A DNA stretch of 64,000 bases from Escherichia phage vB_EcoM_CUA3. The DNA is taken from the sequence record PP410321; one strand, written 5' to 3'. Position numbers and translations under genes: made by a program. The notes beneath the pieces are model-generated. The model was not told the origin of the DNA, did no database searches, and saw only the letters and a list, made by a program, of their open reading frames with translations. Positions 38,071 through 47,481 of the stretch are shown in pieces. Positions within the stretch are counted from its first letter, which is position 1. Every line of letters begins with the position of its first letter.

Positions 38071-38396
38071 TGTTACCTCAGATAACTCAAAACATAGGTC
38101 TATTATATCATAGTATTTGGAGACCCGTTTAAAGCATCAACGGAGTAAGCAATAAGCCTGAAATACTGTTTCAAGAATTTTTTTGAACTCNNNNNNNNNN
38201 NNNNNNNNNNNNNNNNNNNNNNNNNNNNNNNNNNNNNNNNNNNNNNNNNNNNNNNNNNNNNNNNNNNNNTGGTTGTATTTGGAAATATGAGACTTCCACA
38301 CTTCAGAAGTCTCTCCACAAATAAACTCAACATTCATATAACTATCTATTAAGAAAAATCCTAAGCCTTCATAAGCTAATGTTATGGATACTGGCG

Positions 38397-38663
38397 TCAT
38401 TGTAGGAATCTGGCTCCTTCTAGTGCATCATCAAGATTATCAAACTCGTCAACGTAATCAATACCGCCGACCTCATCTTTAGCGTATAGCCAGTACTGTT
38501 TAAATTCATATTCGATAATAAAGTGGTCACCCTCAATCTGGAGAACCGCATCACTATTAAATTGAACTGCATAACCAGTAAAGCGAACATCATTCAGGAG
38601 TTCTTCTTTCATAGCAATCATTTCCAAGTTTTTATCGTAATTAGAGAGTTTTATTTTAATCAT
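38397..38663 (-). CDS. hypothetical protein
   Basis: 88-aa ORF. Confidence 0.4.
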   Translation of the reverse strand: MIKIKLSNYDKNLEMIAMKEELLNDVRFTGYAVQFNSDAVLQIEGDHFIIEYEFKQYWLYAKDEVGGIDYVDEFDNLDDALEGARFLQ

Positions 38664-38989
38664 TTCGCAGCCTTAACAATTTTAAGGTCAACGAATTTTT
38701 TCTTACGTTGATTCTTCATACGACGGATGGTTTTGTCTGTGATTTCACCTGGGTGCCAAGCTTTAGATTCGACACCAAAAGCGGCAACATCAAACTCATC
38801 AAGGATATATTGGACCAGGATTTCACGAATACCATTCTTACCGATTTTCTGGTCTTTAGAATGCATAATTGGTAACAGTTCAGCAACCCATTGGTCAAGA
38901 ACCTGAGGAGTTACAAAGCCAGTTTTCATCAGTTCGTTTACTTTATCGAAAGCGAAAGAGTTCAGTACGTTTTTAATAGCTTGTGACAT
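38660..38989 (-). CDS. hypothetical protein sharing its start module with 45642..46484
   Basis: true start MSQAIKNV with GAGGAAA SD; the first 5 codons and about 25 nt of 5'UTR are near-identical to the gene at 46484. Confidence 0.45.
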   Translation of the reverse strand: MSQAIKNVLNSFAFDKVNELMKTGFVTPQVLDQWVAELLPIMHSKDQKIGKNGIREILVQYILDEFDVAAFGVESKAWHPGEITDKTIRRMKNQRKKKFVDLKIVKAAK

Positions 38990-39029
38990 AATAATTTCCT
39001 CAGTTNNNNAATTTATAATCCGTAGGACC

Positions 39030-39059
39030 ATTATACTCCGGTCCCAAGAGTTTGTAAAC
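39030..39059 (-). promoter_or_regulatory. early-type promoter
   Basis: minus-sense GTTTAC, 18 nt, TATAAT; inverted repeat GGACC/GGTCC flanks the -10. Confidence 0.55.
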
Positions 39060-39259
39060 TATTTTTGTGCTAATGCACCTTTCCAACCTTCGTACATCGC
39101 CGCAGCCGATATTAATATTGCTCCTGCGCATTTTGAATATTTGTTATTCCAAAACCAGTTTAGAAAAACTTCGTCATCAATACCTTGGGCTATCATATTT
39201 TCAAAGAATTGACGACGGGCTTCAGCAACACGTTGTGATAATTTAGATTCAGGATTCAT
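39059..39259 (-). CDS. hypothetical protein
   Basis: 66-aa ORF, ATG start. Confidence 0.4.
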   Translation of the reverse strand: MNPESKLSQRVAEARRQFFENMIAQGIDDEVFLNWFWNNKYSKCAGAILISAAAMYEGWKGALAQK

Positions 39260-39391
39260 TTAAATTTTCCAGTTACCGTTTTCATCAATAAATTTAATCC
39301 AGTCATTTACTGACCACTTAGTCGTATCGCCTTTTGGAGCAACATTTAAAGTGTATAATCCTTGTTTAAAAAGCATACGTTTGATATTCAT
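39260..39391 (-). CDS. hypothetical small protein
   Basis: track ORF trimmed to the ATG (MNIKRMLFKQG) with GAGGAAAA SD. Confidence 0.3.
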   Translation of the reverse strand: MNIKRMLFKQGLYTLNVAPKGDTTKWSVNDWIKFIDENGNWKI

Positions 39392-39694
39392 ATTTTCCTC
39401 AGCTATAGTAATAACAGGTATTAGCTTTACGTTTGGCTGTTCGATGTGAAGTATTGTAATCCGGTTCGTCATCCATGTAAACATCTTTTTTCAGCTTTCT
39501 CACTTCNNNNNNNNNNNNNNNNNNNNNNNNNNNNNNNNNNNNNNNNNNNNNNNNNNNCATACGTTTCCATTTGTCTGAACGGAAGATATTTTCNNNNNNN
39601 NNNNNNNNNNNNNNNNNNNNNNNNNNNNNNNNNNNNNNNNNNNNNNNNNNNNNNNNNNNNNNNAATTCTTTACGACGGATAGTTTTACCCATAG

Positions 39695-39949
39695 TTACCT
39701 CAGCAGTTTGTATCCAATAAGATTTTTAATGTACTGGACATCTTTGACATCCAAATCCAACTTAATATCTTTCAGGCGTTCAGCCAGAGTAAGAAATGTT
39801 ACGCGTTTCCAATTCTTAACAGGACAGCAATACGTCTTAGGACCGTTGGCGATTTCAATATTTTTATCTGTGACGGTGAGAAAAACCAGACGCTCATCAT
39901 CAAGATTAAGGGTGATGACACTTTTGGTTGAATGTAGTTTCAGGCTCAT
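39695..39949 (-). CDS. hypothetical protein
   Basis: 84-aa ORF; AAGGAAA SD. Confidence 0.4.
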   Translation of the reverse strand: MSLKLHSTKSVITLNLDDERLVFLTVTDKNIEIANGPKTYCCPVKNWKRVTFLTLAERLKDIKLDLDVKDVQYIKNLIGYKLLR

Positions 39950-40122
39950 AATTCAATTTCCTTGGCTATCGAACAAAATATGGCGCGGTCACAAATCATT
40001 TTAATATTAAGTTCAATTATGGTATACCACACGTCCAGGCTAGATATTTCAGTTACTAGAACAGCTTTGCCGTTGATTGAATAATACTGGTCGGCTTTAA
40101 TTTCTTTATCTTGGATAGTCAT
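39946..40122 (-). CDS. hypothetical small protein
   Basis: 58-aa ORF below the track cutoff; GAGGAG SD; ATGA coupling to the downstream gene; promoter cassette upstream. Confidence 0.4.
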   Translation of the reverse strand: MTIQDKEIKADQYYSINGKAVLVTEISSLDVWYTIIELNIKMICDRAIFCSIAKEIEL

Positions 40123-40151
40123 AATGTTCTCCTCATGTGTTGATAGGATAG

Positions 40152-40180
40152 ACTATACCACGTGAGGAGAGGAAGTAAAC
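40152..40180 (-). promoter_or_regulatory. early-type promoter with SD-complementary spacer
   Basis: minus-sense GTTTAC, 17 nt, TGgTATAGT; spacer TCTCCTCACGTG pairs with 5'UTR CACATGAGGAGA (11 of 12). Confidence 0.6.
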
Positions 40181-40181
40181 A

Positions 40182-40499
40182 CTAATCTTCAATTAAATCT
40201 CGGTCATAACCAAGTTCAATCAAAAGTGCTTTAAAAGCAGGAATATTTTCTATTTTCTTATTATCAACAAAGATGACAGGATAGCGTATCGCTAAGCTCT
40301 TGAAGCCGGCCCGTTTGGCCAATGATACTATAAGAAGCTTGTCATATACTGCGCCTGACGGCGTCTGATTAATCACAGGATAGAAAGTATGTGGGATAGA
40401 AAGGGAATTTAGGAGCGATAGAACAGCAATGCACCCTGGACAGCGCATGACTGTCTCAGGGATACCGTAAATCTCAATTTTAGTTAACTTTTGGTCCAC
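40182..40499 (-). CDS. glutaredoxin/thioredoxin-like protein (CPGC active site)
   Basis: 105-aa ORF; KIEIYG...RCPGC redox motif; GTG start with AAGGAG SD. Confidence 0.5.
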   Translation of the reverse strand: MDQKLTKIEIYGIPETVMRCPGCIAVLSLLNSLSIPHTFYPVINQTPSGAVYDKLLIVSLAKRAGFKSLAIRYPVIFVDNKKIENIPAFKALLIELGYDRDLIED

Positions 40500-40776
40500 A
40501 GGAAATAACTCCTTGGTAGTCCCAAGTTTTTAGAACTTCGTCCTCATTAGTTCCATATGGAACGTAAATCTGGATAAGGAACCCGGTATCATCAAAAGAG
40601 AAGTAGACAGTAGGTTTAATACCATGAATCTCTGACAGAGCGTAGATGTCCTTGAGGTCGTCTTCCTTATCGACAAAGAATTCCGGGTTCAGGTCGCAGT
40701 CATGGAAGTACCAATCATCACCGAACTTGTCCCATGCGGTCCAATTCAAAGCTACATACTCTTCAAAACGTTTCAT
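40480..40776 (-). CDS. hypothetical protein
   Basis: 98-aa ORF; ATG with GAAGGTGA SD. Confidence 0.4.
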   Translation of the reverse strand: MKRFEEYVALNWTAWDKFGDDWYFHDCDLNPEFFVDKEDDLKDIYALSEIHGIKPTVYFSFDDTGFLIQIYVPYGTNEDEVLKTWDYQGVISCGPKVN

Positions 40777-40988
40777 TCTTTCACCTTCAGCATTTTTGCG
40801 ATAACACTATGAACAGACTGGATTCGTTTGTCGAACTCAGACCCTTCAAGACCCTTTTCAGTACTCAATGCGCCAATAATCATGAACAGCAATCCAAACG
40901 GAATAGCCAGGATTAAAAGGCATACGATAAACAGAACTAATGTAATATTGGCCAGGATATCAGAAACAGCATTACGAAATTTATTCAT
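40773..40988 (-). CDS. hypothetical membrane protein
   Basis: about 71 aa from MNKFRN; one to two predicted TM helices. Confidence 0.35.
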   Translation of the reverse strand: MNKFRNAVSDILANITLVLFIVCLLILAIPFGLLFMIIGALSTEKGLEGSEFDKRIQSVHSVIAKMLKVKE

Positions 40989-41094
40989 TAAAGAACCCAC
41001 ATGTTAGTTACAACAAATAACCATTGAGCTGGATACTCAACACCCATNNNNNNNNNNNNNNNNNNNNNNNNNNNNNNNNAGCCATAAAAATTAA

Positions 41095-41568
41095 TCATTT
41101 AAGCGATTTCCTCAGTTGTTTTTTAAATGAATCCACCATTTGTTTCTTAGTGGCAGATTCATTATAAGTCATTCCATGTGAAAGCATTTCAGCAATCATT
41201 TCTTCCTTACCCAACCTGCTGAACTCTTTGGTTTTATCAGGAACGAAATTAGGATGAATATTGTTTTCAGTATAATCGGTTTTCAGATAGACCAGCAAAT
41301 TCTCTAACCATTCGAGGTAGTCAACGTTTTGACCTTTCAAACCGGAACGGTTGAACTTATGCTTCATTTGTCCTTCTGCAGCATTGCACAGATTACATAG
41401 TAAACCACGAACCTTACCTGCTTTTGGCCCGTTCAATTCATGGTCGTGGTCAAGGTGGTTACTTTGAACATCAGGGTTTAATTCGCGCTTACAAATCAAA
41501 CACTTACCATGTTGTGCATCATAAAGTTTTTGTTTTTCTTCTTTGTATAATTTGCCACTCAGCAACAT
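41095..41568 (-). CDS. 49: endonuclease VII (Holliday junction resolvase)
   Basis: 157-aa ORF collinear with T4 endo VII (zinc-binding CLICKRELNP...HLDHDHELNGPKAGKVRGLLCNLCN). Confidence 0.9.
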   Translation of the reverse strand: MLLSGKLYKEEKQKLYDAQHGKCLICKRELNPDVQSNHLDHDHELNGPKAGKVRGLLCNLCNAAEGQMKHKFNRSGLKGQNVDYLEWLENLLVYLKTDYTENNIHPNFVPDKTKEFSRLGKEEMIAEMLSHGMTYNESATKKQMVDSFKKQLRKSLK

Positions 41569-41573
41569 AATAA

Positions 41574-41604
41574 ACCCTTACCATTATTAGATAAGGGTAT
41601 TTAT
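41574..41604 (-). promoter_or_regulatory. RBS-sequestering hairpin with late-promoter-like motif upstream of gene 49
   Basis: minus-sense TAATAAATA followed by ACCCTTA-(11 nt)-TAAGGGT then TTATT-ATG; the 3' arm contains the AAGGG SD. Confidence 0.4.
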
Positions 41605-42377
41605 TANNNNNNNNNNNNNNNATAGAACGAACGGTGCAACCGTTTAAATTGACGAATCATCTTTTTGGTAGGACGGGTATACAACCCTATACAAGTGGCC
41701 ATAAACTGGTCAGTAGGACTTCCTTTGATAAGAAGTTTCCAGACCTTGTCACCGTTAAACTTTTCGGTATANNNNNNNNNNNNNNNNNNNNNNNNNNNNN
41801 NNNNNNNNNNNNNNNNNNNNNNNNNNNNNNNNNNNNNNNNNNNNNNNNNNNNNNNNNNNNNNNNNNNNNNNNNNNNNNNNNNNNNNNNNNNNNNNNNNNN
41901 NNNNNNNNNNNNNNNNNNNNNNNNNNNNNNNNNNNNNNNNNNNNNNNNNNNNNNNNNNNNNNNNNNNNNNNNNNNNNNNNNNNNNNNNNNNNNNNNNNNN
42001 NNNNNNNNNNNNNNNNNNNNNNNNNNNNNNNNNNNNNNNNNNNNNNNNNNNNNNNNNNNNNNNNNNNNNNNNNNNNNNNNNNNTTCATCAGAACGCCTTA
42101 TCAGCAAAGCGAAGTTGAGCTTCAAGCCAATGGATATAATCAGCTGCAGCNNNNNNNNNNNNNNNNNNNNNNNNNNNNNNNNNNNNNNNNNNNNNNNNNT
42201 CGTAAAGTGAATGTTCAATCAGACGGCCTTTATGTCGGCCAACTTCAATTTTGGTACTCATATCCAAACTCCATATCGATTAAATCATTGTTTGAAGGTT
42301 CATTATACTCTATTTCGGAATCGTTGTAAACCGGTTCCTCTGGCTCGGTAGTTTCCCACCGAGCGACATACCATGGC

Positions 42378-42686
42378 TTAACGGTCACACCACCAACTAC
42401 TTACTTCAAAATCAGGCTCGCCGTTTTCCCAATACCAAGGGCCAACTGGATGCCAATCGCCATGTTCATCTTCTTCAAATTCTTCAGATTCAAGCCCAAC
42501 GTATTGCCATTGGACTTCATAAGCGGTGCCACCGATTACAACAGTGTTCTCGCCATATGGATGGGCTACAGCAAAGTCTATACCTTCTGCTTTGGCTAAC
42601 CAAACCATATATTCGTATAGCTTATATTCCAGGTCATCTTCGGTGCCATCACCTAGAAAAATGGTTTGTTCGTTTAATTCAATCAT
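42378..42686 (-). CDS. hypothetical acidic protein
   Basis: 102-aa ORF; ATGA coupling with the nrdC stop. Confidence 0.4.
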   Translation of the reverse strand: MIELNEQTIFLGDGTEDDLEYKLYEYMVWLAKAEGIDFAVAHPYGENTVVIGGTAYEVQWQYVGLESEEFEEDEHGDWHPVGPWYWENGEPDFEVSSWWCDR

Positions 42687-42946
42687 TTGAAATACGCTCG
42701 CAGTTGGTCAAACCCACCGATAGAAGTTCCGTCCGGAGCAAATACCTGAGGCATGGTCAAACCTACTTGAGATTCACGACCAAGAGCAGCCAGGAGTTCA
42801 GCAATCTTCTCATCATCAAATACGCCTTTTTCCGGCATCACGTTAATGAATTCGTAAGGTTGTTTCTTAACATCAAGCAGACGTTTGGCATTATCACAGA
42901 AAACACAACGGTGAATATTTGAATCGTAACCATAAACTTTAAACAT
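42683..42946 (-). CDS. nrdC: thioredoxin/glutaredoxin
   Basis: 87-aa ORF collinear with T4 NrdC (MFKVYGYDSNIHRCVFCDNAK...). Confidence 0.85.
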   Translation of the reverse strand: MFKVYGYDSNIHRCVFCDNAKRLLDVKKQPYEFINVMPEKGVFDDEKIAELLAALGRESQVGLTMPQVFAPDGTSIGGFDQLRAYFK

Positions 42947-43388
42947 TTTAAATTCCTAATACTTGTTTGAATGCCTCAGAACGGTCAAGTTCTGTTCCAT
43001 ATTTTTCCATGTGCTCATATTTTAAATCATACACATCAGATAGTATATTATTATACGAGCGAGTTAAAGCAGATTTCAATACCGAATAACTGTCCGGGAA
43101 TTTACCGTGCTCTTTATAATAAGCTAGAGTAAGTTCGCGGACTGCCTTATCGGCAGCCTCTACATATTCTTTACGCTTTGCCATTTTCAACTCTATCAAA
43201 TTTATGTTTACAATGGCGACATTTNNNNNNNNNNNNNNNNNNNNNNNNNNNNNNNNNNNNNNNNNNNNNNNNNNNNNNNNNNNNNNNNNNNNNNNNNNNN
43301 NNNNNNNNNNNNNNNNNNNNNNNNNNNNNNNNNNNNNNNNNNNNNNNNNNNNNNNNNNNNNNNNCAATATCTTCAGCTAAACGTTGTT

Positions 43389-44399
43389 TCATTTCAACAG
43401 CTCCAGAGCTTGTTCAAGACGGTCTAAACGATTGGTAGACTCTTCCCAAAGTTTCTTGGCGGCAGTATATTGACCGGTAAGTTTTTTGTTAATAGCAAGG
43501 GCATCTTTATACGCTTTTTCCAAAGCAACTATTTCTGGCAACTTAGATTTAGTAATTGGCGTAGGAGCCATGATAGGGCTATTCAAGTCATTAATCAAGT
43601 CTTCTAATGTAGCAGGCTCTTTATCAATGTTCACAATTTCCTCACATTTTTCTTGGTAAATTTCGGCATCAGTTTTTGGAACACGGCATTTGATTTCACG
43701 GACTGTTACTAAGACCTCATATCCTTTCCAGCCTAAGTGGTGTTTAACTTCTTGGGTCTCATATTTCTCTACTGTATCCATCAGAGCTAAAGCTTGTTCG
43801 ATAGTATTCAAGGTATCATAAGCAATATCTTGATACTTTACAACTTCCGCGTCATCTTTAGGTTTCCTATTAGGTGACCAAATAACAGAAATAATTGCTT
43901 TTCCTTTATAACTATTTGTTTTAATCATGCAATTCGCCATAGGGTGAATAGTACGGGAACCACCGGAAACTATGGTTTTAGAGGCCGCTTTGAGAATTAA
44001 TGCAGAGTTAGCCTTGAATTCGGTAACCCAACGTTGTGGAAATAAACTACTAGGGTCCATACCTTTAATTTTGATATAACTTTTTATGGTATCACCAAAC
44101 CATTTGTAGCTAACAGCATGGCTAGAACCCGGATATTTCTCTTTACCGAACTCAGAAAGGATGTCCTTATTGACCAGTCGCGAAAGCAGTCGAGAACCTT
44201 TAAATGTATTTACGATATCAGGAATAAACAAGCGACCCGCGATCTTTTCGATTTCGGCTTTGAAACAGCGCGATAATGCATCATCAATTTGGTCGACCCA
44301 TTTATTGATATTAGAAACTATTACCACATATGGGGTTAATGGAGGGGTGTTGGCAGTGATATACGTAGTAAAGGCATTGATGTATTCAGTACGAGTCAT
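43389..44399 (-). CDS. hypothetical protein
   Basis: track ORF trimmed to the ATG (MTRTEY) with GAGGAG SD downstream of a promoter cassette; about 336 aa. Confidence 0.45.
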   Translation of the reverse strand: MTRTEYINAFTTYITANTPPLTPYVVIVSNINKWVDQIDDALSRCFKAEIEKIAGRLFIPDIVNTFKGSRLLSRLVNKDILSEFGKEKYPGSSHAVSYKWFGDTIKSYIKIKGMDPSSLFPQRWVTEFKANSALILKAASKTIVSGGSRTIHPMANCMIKTNSYKGKAIISVIWSPNRKPKDDAEVVKYQDIAYDTLNTIEQALALMDTVEKYETQEVKHHLGWKGYEVLVTVREIKCRVPKTDAEIYQEKCEEIVNIDKEPATLEDLINDLNSPIMAPTPITKSKLPEIVALEKAYKDALAINKKLTGQYTAAKKLWEESTNRLDRLEQALELLK

Positions 44400-44427
44400 G
44401 ATATTCTCCTCANNAGTTGATAGAAAG

Positions 44428-44457
44428 ATTATACTCCATCCATCCTTGGATGTAAAC
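44428..44457 (-). promoter_or_regulatory. early-type promoter
   Basis: minus-sense GTTTAC, 18 nt, TATAAT, then CTTTCTATCAAC. Confidence 0.55.
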
Positions 44458-44458
44458 A

Positions 44459-45364
44459 TTATTTTAGAGCTAATACTGCGGCGCGGAGCTTGTCACGCTG
44501 GAGTTCCATGTTCTTGATGCGAATCAATACGTCTTGAATACTCTTTTTCTCATCTTCGATCTGACCGTTTAAACGGTGGATTGATTCCTGGAGGTGGTCC
44601 TCATGATACTTCTCGATAGGTTTCATCGTAGGGTTAGTAACCACCATAGAATTATCAGGTGTAATTTTCCAATGATACGGTTTGGAATTGAATGGACTAG
44701 GCACCGCGGTGGTTTTGAATTTGTCATAGGCTGCATATTGGCCTACGCTATCACATGATACCGCAGAGGTAGAGATAGAGATACGTCGTTCCATTTGTGG
44801 GTCCTTTTGTTGGGATTGATAAGGGGCATAAGACAAAAGATATTCGCGAGTTAGTTTAACTCTGATATAAACTGCATCAGCTCGCCCAGAACAATCAGCA
44901 TATTCATCGGTTGTAACTTTATATGATTCTACTGCCTTAATACGAGTCATTGCTTCCCTGAATAAGGTTTCGAATGCTTCACGAAGGGCCTTATTGCCTT
45001 TTGAGGTGGGACGGAAACGAACTTGGATACCGTCAGGCAGAATATTAATGACTAGGTTACGAGCCGTAAAATTAATATTCTTGATATTAACAGGAACAGT
45101 AGCAATGCGTCCTGCAGTAGCCAAGAGGTCTTTGATATTAGCTCGCAATGTTGCACCAAACAGTTGGGCTGGGCTACGGCAATAGTCATTCAAAGAGCTG
45201 ATGTAAGTTCCTTTACGGCCTACACCATAAGTATAATTACCATTACAAATATGGCCAAAGTCTGCCAGCCGATCGATAGCGATACGACGTGTGGTATCAA
45301 AATCATATCGGGAATATTCTTTACGTGTTTTAATGTTCATATTAAAGTCCAAATAATTTTTCAT
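44459..45364 (-). CDS. hypothetical protein (start uncertain)
   Basis: about 300-aa ORF; track start is TTG; candidate ATG starts at 45364 or 45340. Confidence 0.4.
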   Translation of the reverse strand: MKNYLDFNMNIKTRKEYSRYDFDTTRRIAIDRLADFGHICNGNYTYGVGRKGTYISSLNDYCRSPAQLFGATLRANIKDLLATAGRIATVPVNIKNINFTARNLVINILPDGIQVRFRPTSKGNKALREAFETLFREAMTRIKAVESYKVTTDEYADCSGRADAVYIRVKLTREYLLSYAPYQSQQKDPQMERRISISTSAVSCDSVGQYAAYDKFKTTAVPSPFNSKPYHWKITPDNSMVVTNPTMKPIEKYHEDHLQESIHRLNGQIEDEKKSIQDVLIRIKNMELQRDKLRAAVLALK

Positions 45365-45557
45365 AGAATTTAGCAATAGGCCANNNNAAACANATCATAA
45401 NNNNNNCNAAGCAAAACAGAGGCCATACTAGTGTAATGAATACTGCATCATAGCTTGATTCAATTTCGATTGGATTCCAATCACCTGATTTATGAATGAT
45501 AAAGGTCGTCACGAATCCTAGCACAAAGTAAAGGAGAATAAAACCTACAATTTCCAT
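45342..45557 (-). CDS. hypothetical membrane protein
   Basis: 71-aa ORF with N-terminal TM helix. Confidence 0.4.
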   Translation of the reverse strand: MEIVGFILLYFVLGFVTTFIIHKSGDWNPIEIESSYDAVFITLVWPLFCXXXXMXCXXWPIAKFYEKLFGL

Positions 45558-45641
45558 ATTAACCTATAATGTTTGAGAAAATTAGCCACAGAACACCCGT
45601 GGCCACGATTACATATCCAAGAACGGCGAGCCATTCCATAA

Positions 45642-46484
45642 TTAATCCTTAAGAAGATTTAGGATATCGATATATTTTTGACGTTCAGCCTTAGCTTTAG
45701 CATTCAGACCAGAGAGTCGGAAAATCTCATCATCTTGTTGTTGGATTGTAACATTCAAGCAAGTAAGCAAATTGCTAAAATACTCGATTTGAGATTGATG
45801 CTTCTCATTGCTGCGCACTGGTACAGGTTCCGGTTTAGGAGCTTCTGAATGCTCTTNNNNNNNNNNNNNNNNNNNNNNNNNNNNNNNNNNNNNNNNNNNN
45901 NNNNNNNNNNNNNNNNNNNNNNNNNNNNNNNNNNNNNGTTCTAGTTCAGACAAAGCCAATCGAAGATGGAATTTCCAGTTGTCATATTGACAACCACTAA
46001 AAGTTGAAGTAAGATACTCGTTTTCGTTACCTGGTTGGTTGACAATATTAAAGATAATCCAATCGCCTGAACCATTAGTCTTAAATGGCATTTGCTTATC
46101 TTGACCTTTTGCAAGGCGAGCACCCAGTGCTAGTAAACGACGTTGGTTAGTACGAAGGTCTTTAACAACTTCATCAAATGACATCGCCGGGATTAAACGA
46201 CCGTAGAGGTCATAGCCTTTGTTATAATTTCTAAGAATAATTCTGGCGTTAGCACGAGTCAACATACCTGTCCTGTGAAGAGATTTCATGACTCGGTCTT
46301 CTAACGTAAACAAACCTTTAGTCTTGTCAAAGATTTTAGTGAATTCATCTNNNACAGTACAAACTTCAAACTTTTCCCACATCATNNNNNNNACCTTTTC
46401 AACCACTTCTTTATNNNTCGGAATACGACCAAATTTAATAACTTTTTTAACTTCAGAACGAATTTGATTAATTGCTTGTGACAT
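45642..46484 (-). CDS. hypothetical protein sharing its start module with 38660..38989
   Basis: 280-aa ORF starting MSQAINQ; upstream ACTGAGGAAATTATTATGTCACAAGC is shared with the gene at 38989. Confidence 0.45.
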   Translation of the reverse strand: MSQAINQIRSEVKKVIKFGRIPXXKEVVEKXXXMMWEKFEVCTXXDEFTKIFDKTKGLFTLEDRVMKSLHRTGMLTRANARIILRNYNKGYDLYGRLIPAMSFDEVVKDLRTNQRRLLALGARLAKGQDKQMPFKTNGSGDWIIFNIVNQPGNENEYLTSTFSGCQYDNWKFHLRLALSELEXXXXXXXXXXXXXXXXXXXXXXXXXXXXEHSEAPKPEPVPVRSNEKHQSQIEYFSNLLTCLNVTIQQQDDEIFRLSGLNAKAKAERQKYIDILNLLKD

Positions 46485-46521
46485 AATAATTTCCTCAGTA
46501 AGTAATTAAGAACCTAGAACC

Positions 46522-46546
46522 ATTATACCATCCTTGGTATAAAGCG
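46522..46546 (-). promoter_or_regulatory. middle-type (MotA-box-like) promoter
   Basis: minus-sense GCTTTA, 12 nt, TATAAT. Confidence 0.45.
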
Positions 46547-46547
46547 T

Positions 46548-47072
46548 TTATGCGAGAACCGTCTTTAAACGCTCTTCAAATTTCTGAAGCAGAGCTTGGC
46601 GTTCAGCTCGTTGTGATTTGTACTGCTCGATACGACCTGAAGTGAGGGCGTACTGTTCGTTTACTGATTCCCGCATAAATTCAGGAATCTCTTTACAAGC
46701 TTTGATTTCGTCAAACTTATCAATAACCGCTTGTTCCTCGGCAATCAGATTATCGAAATAAGCGATATCCGATTTAACGTTTGCCAGGTCAGATTCAGTA
46801 GGCATTAAACGTTTGTTACGTTCAGCTTGATAAGCCTGGTTGGTTTCACGACTCCAGTGGAGAGTACGTTTTTTGTTAGTGTTTTTATAGAGCTCTACAA
46901 TACCAACTGAATCGATGATAGCAATCCAGTTCCAACGGCTTTTGTAAATCTCTCCTCCAGATACGGTAATCTCATTACCACAAGCAACGTCGTTAAAGAA
47001 CTTGCTTTGTTTTTCAGATTTGAAATTACCGTTGTTAAAATTAATCAGTGAAAAAATATCTTTAGCGTTCAT
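46548..47072 (-). CDS. hypothetical protein
   Basis: 174-aa ORF; promoter cassette upstream. Confidence 0.45.
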   Translation of the reverse strand: MNAKDIFSLINFNNGNFKSEKQSKFFNDVACGNEITVSGGEIYKSRWNWIAIIDSVGIVELYKNTNKKRTLHWSRETNQAYQAERNKRLMPTESDLANVKSDIAYFDNLIAEEQAVIDKFDEIKACKEIPEFMRESVNEQYALTSGRIEQYKSQRAERQALLQKFEERLKTVLA

Positions 47073-47098
47073 GATAACCTCCAGTAGTTGATAGGTCT

Positions 47099-47127
47099 AT
47101 AGTATCATTTCTACTGGAGATGTAAAC
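47099..47127 (-). promoter_or_regulatory. early-type promoter with SD-complementary spacer
   Basis: minus-sense GTTTAC, 17 nt, TGaTACTAT; spacer CTCCAGTAG pairs with 5'UTR CTACTGGAG. Confidence 0.6.
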
Positions 47128-47471
47128 TACTNNNNNNNNNNNNNNNNNNNNNNNNNNNNNNNNNNNNNNNNNNNNNNNNNNNNNNNTTTCCGTTGGTGTT
47201 TAATACGAATAAGGTATTCATTCCTGATGGCGCAGAGTTCATCTCTGAAGTCGCCTGCCAACTTAACCTGCTTACGGTCTAGATTTATTAAGGCCTGGGT
47301 CTTCGCGGCCAAGGCCAGTCTCTTGTAGTCTCCTTCTTCACAATCGGTTTTATAAACCTTCTCAGCGAATTGGTACTTAAATTCATTATCATAGTCTTCG
47401 ATAGACTGTTTCATGGCATTAGAGTATTTCAACTCTGCTTTTATAAGGTCGTAACTAAATTGTTCGAACAT
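47127..47471 (-). CDS. hypothetical protein (C-terminus masked)
   Basis: 114-aa ORF, ATG start. Confidence 0.4.
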   Translation of the reverse strand: MFEQFSYDLIKAELKYSNAMKQSIEDYDNEFKYQFAEKVYKTDCEEGDYKRLALAAKTQALINLDRKQVKLAGDFRDELCAIRNEYLIRIKHQRKXXXXXXXXXXXXXXXXXXX

Positions 47472-47481
47472 AATTTCACCT

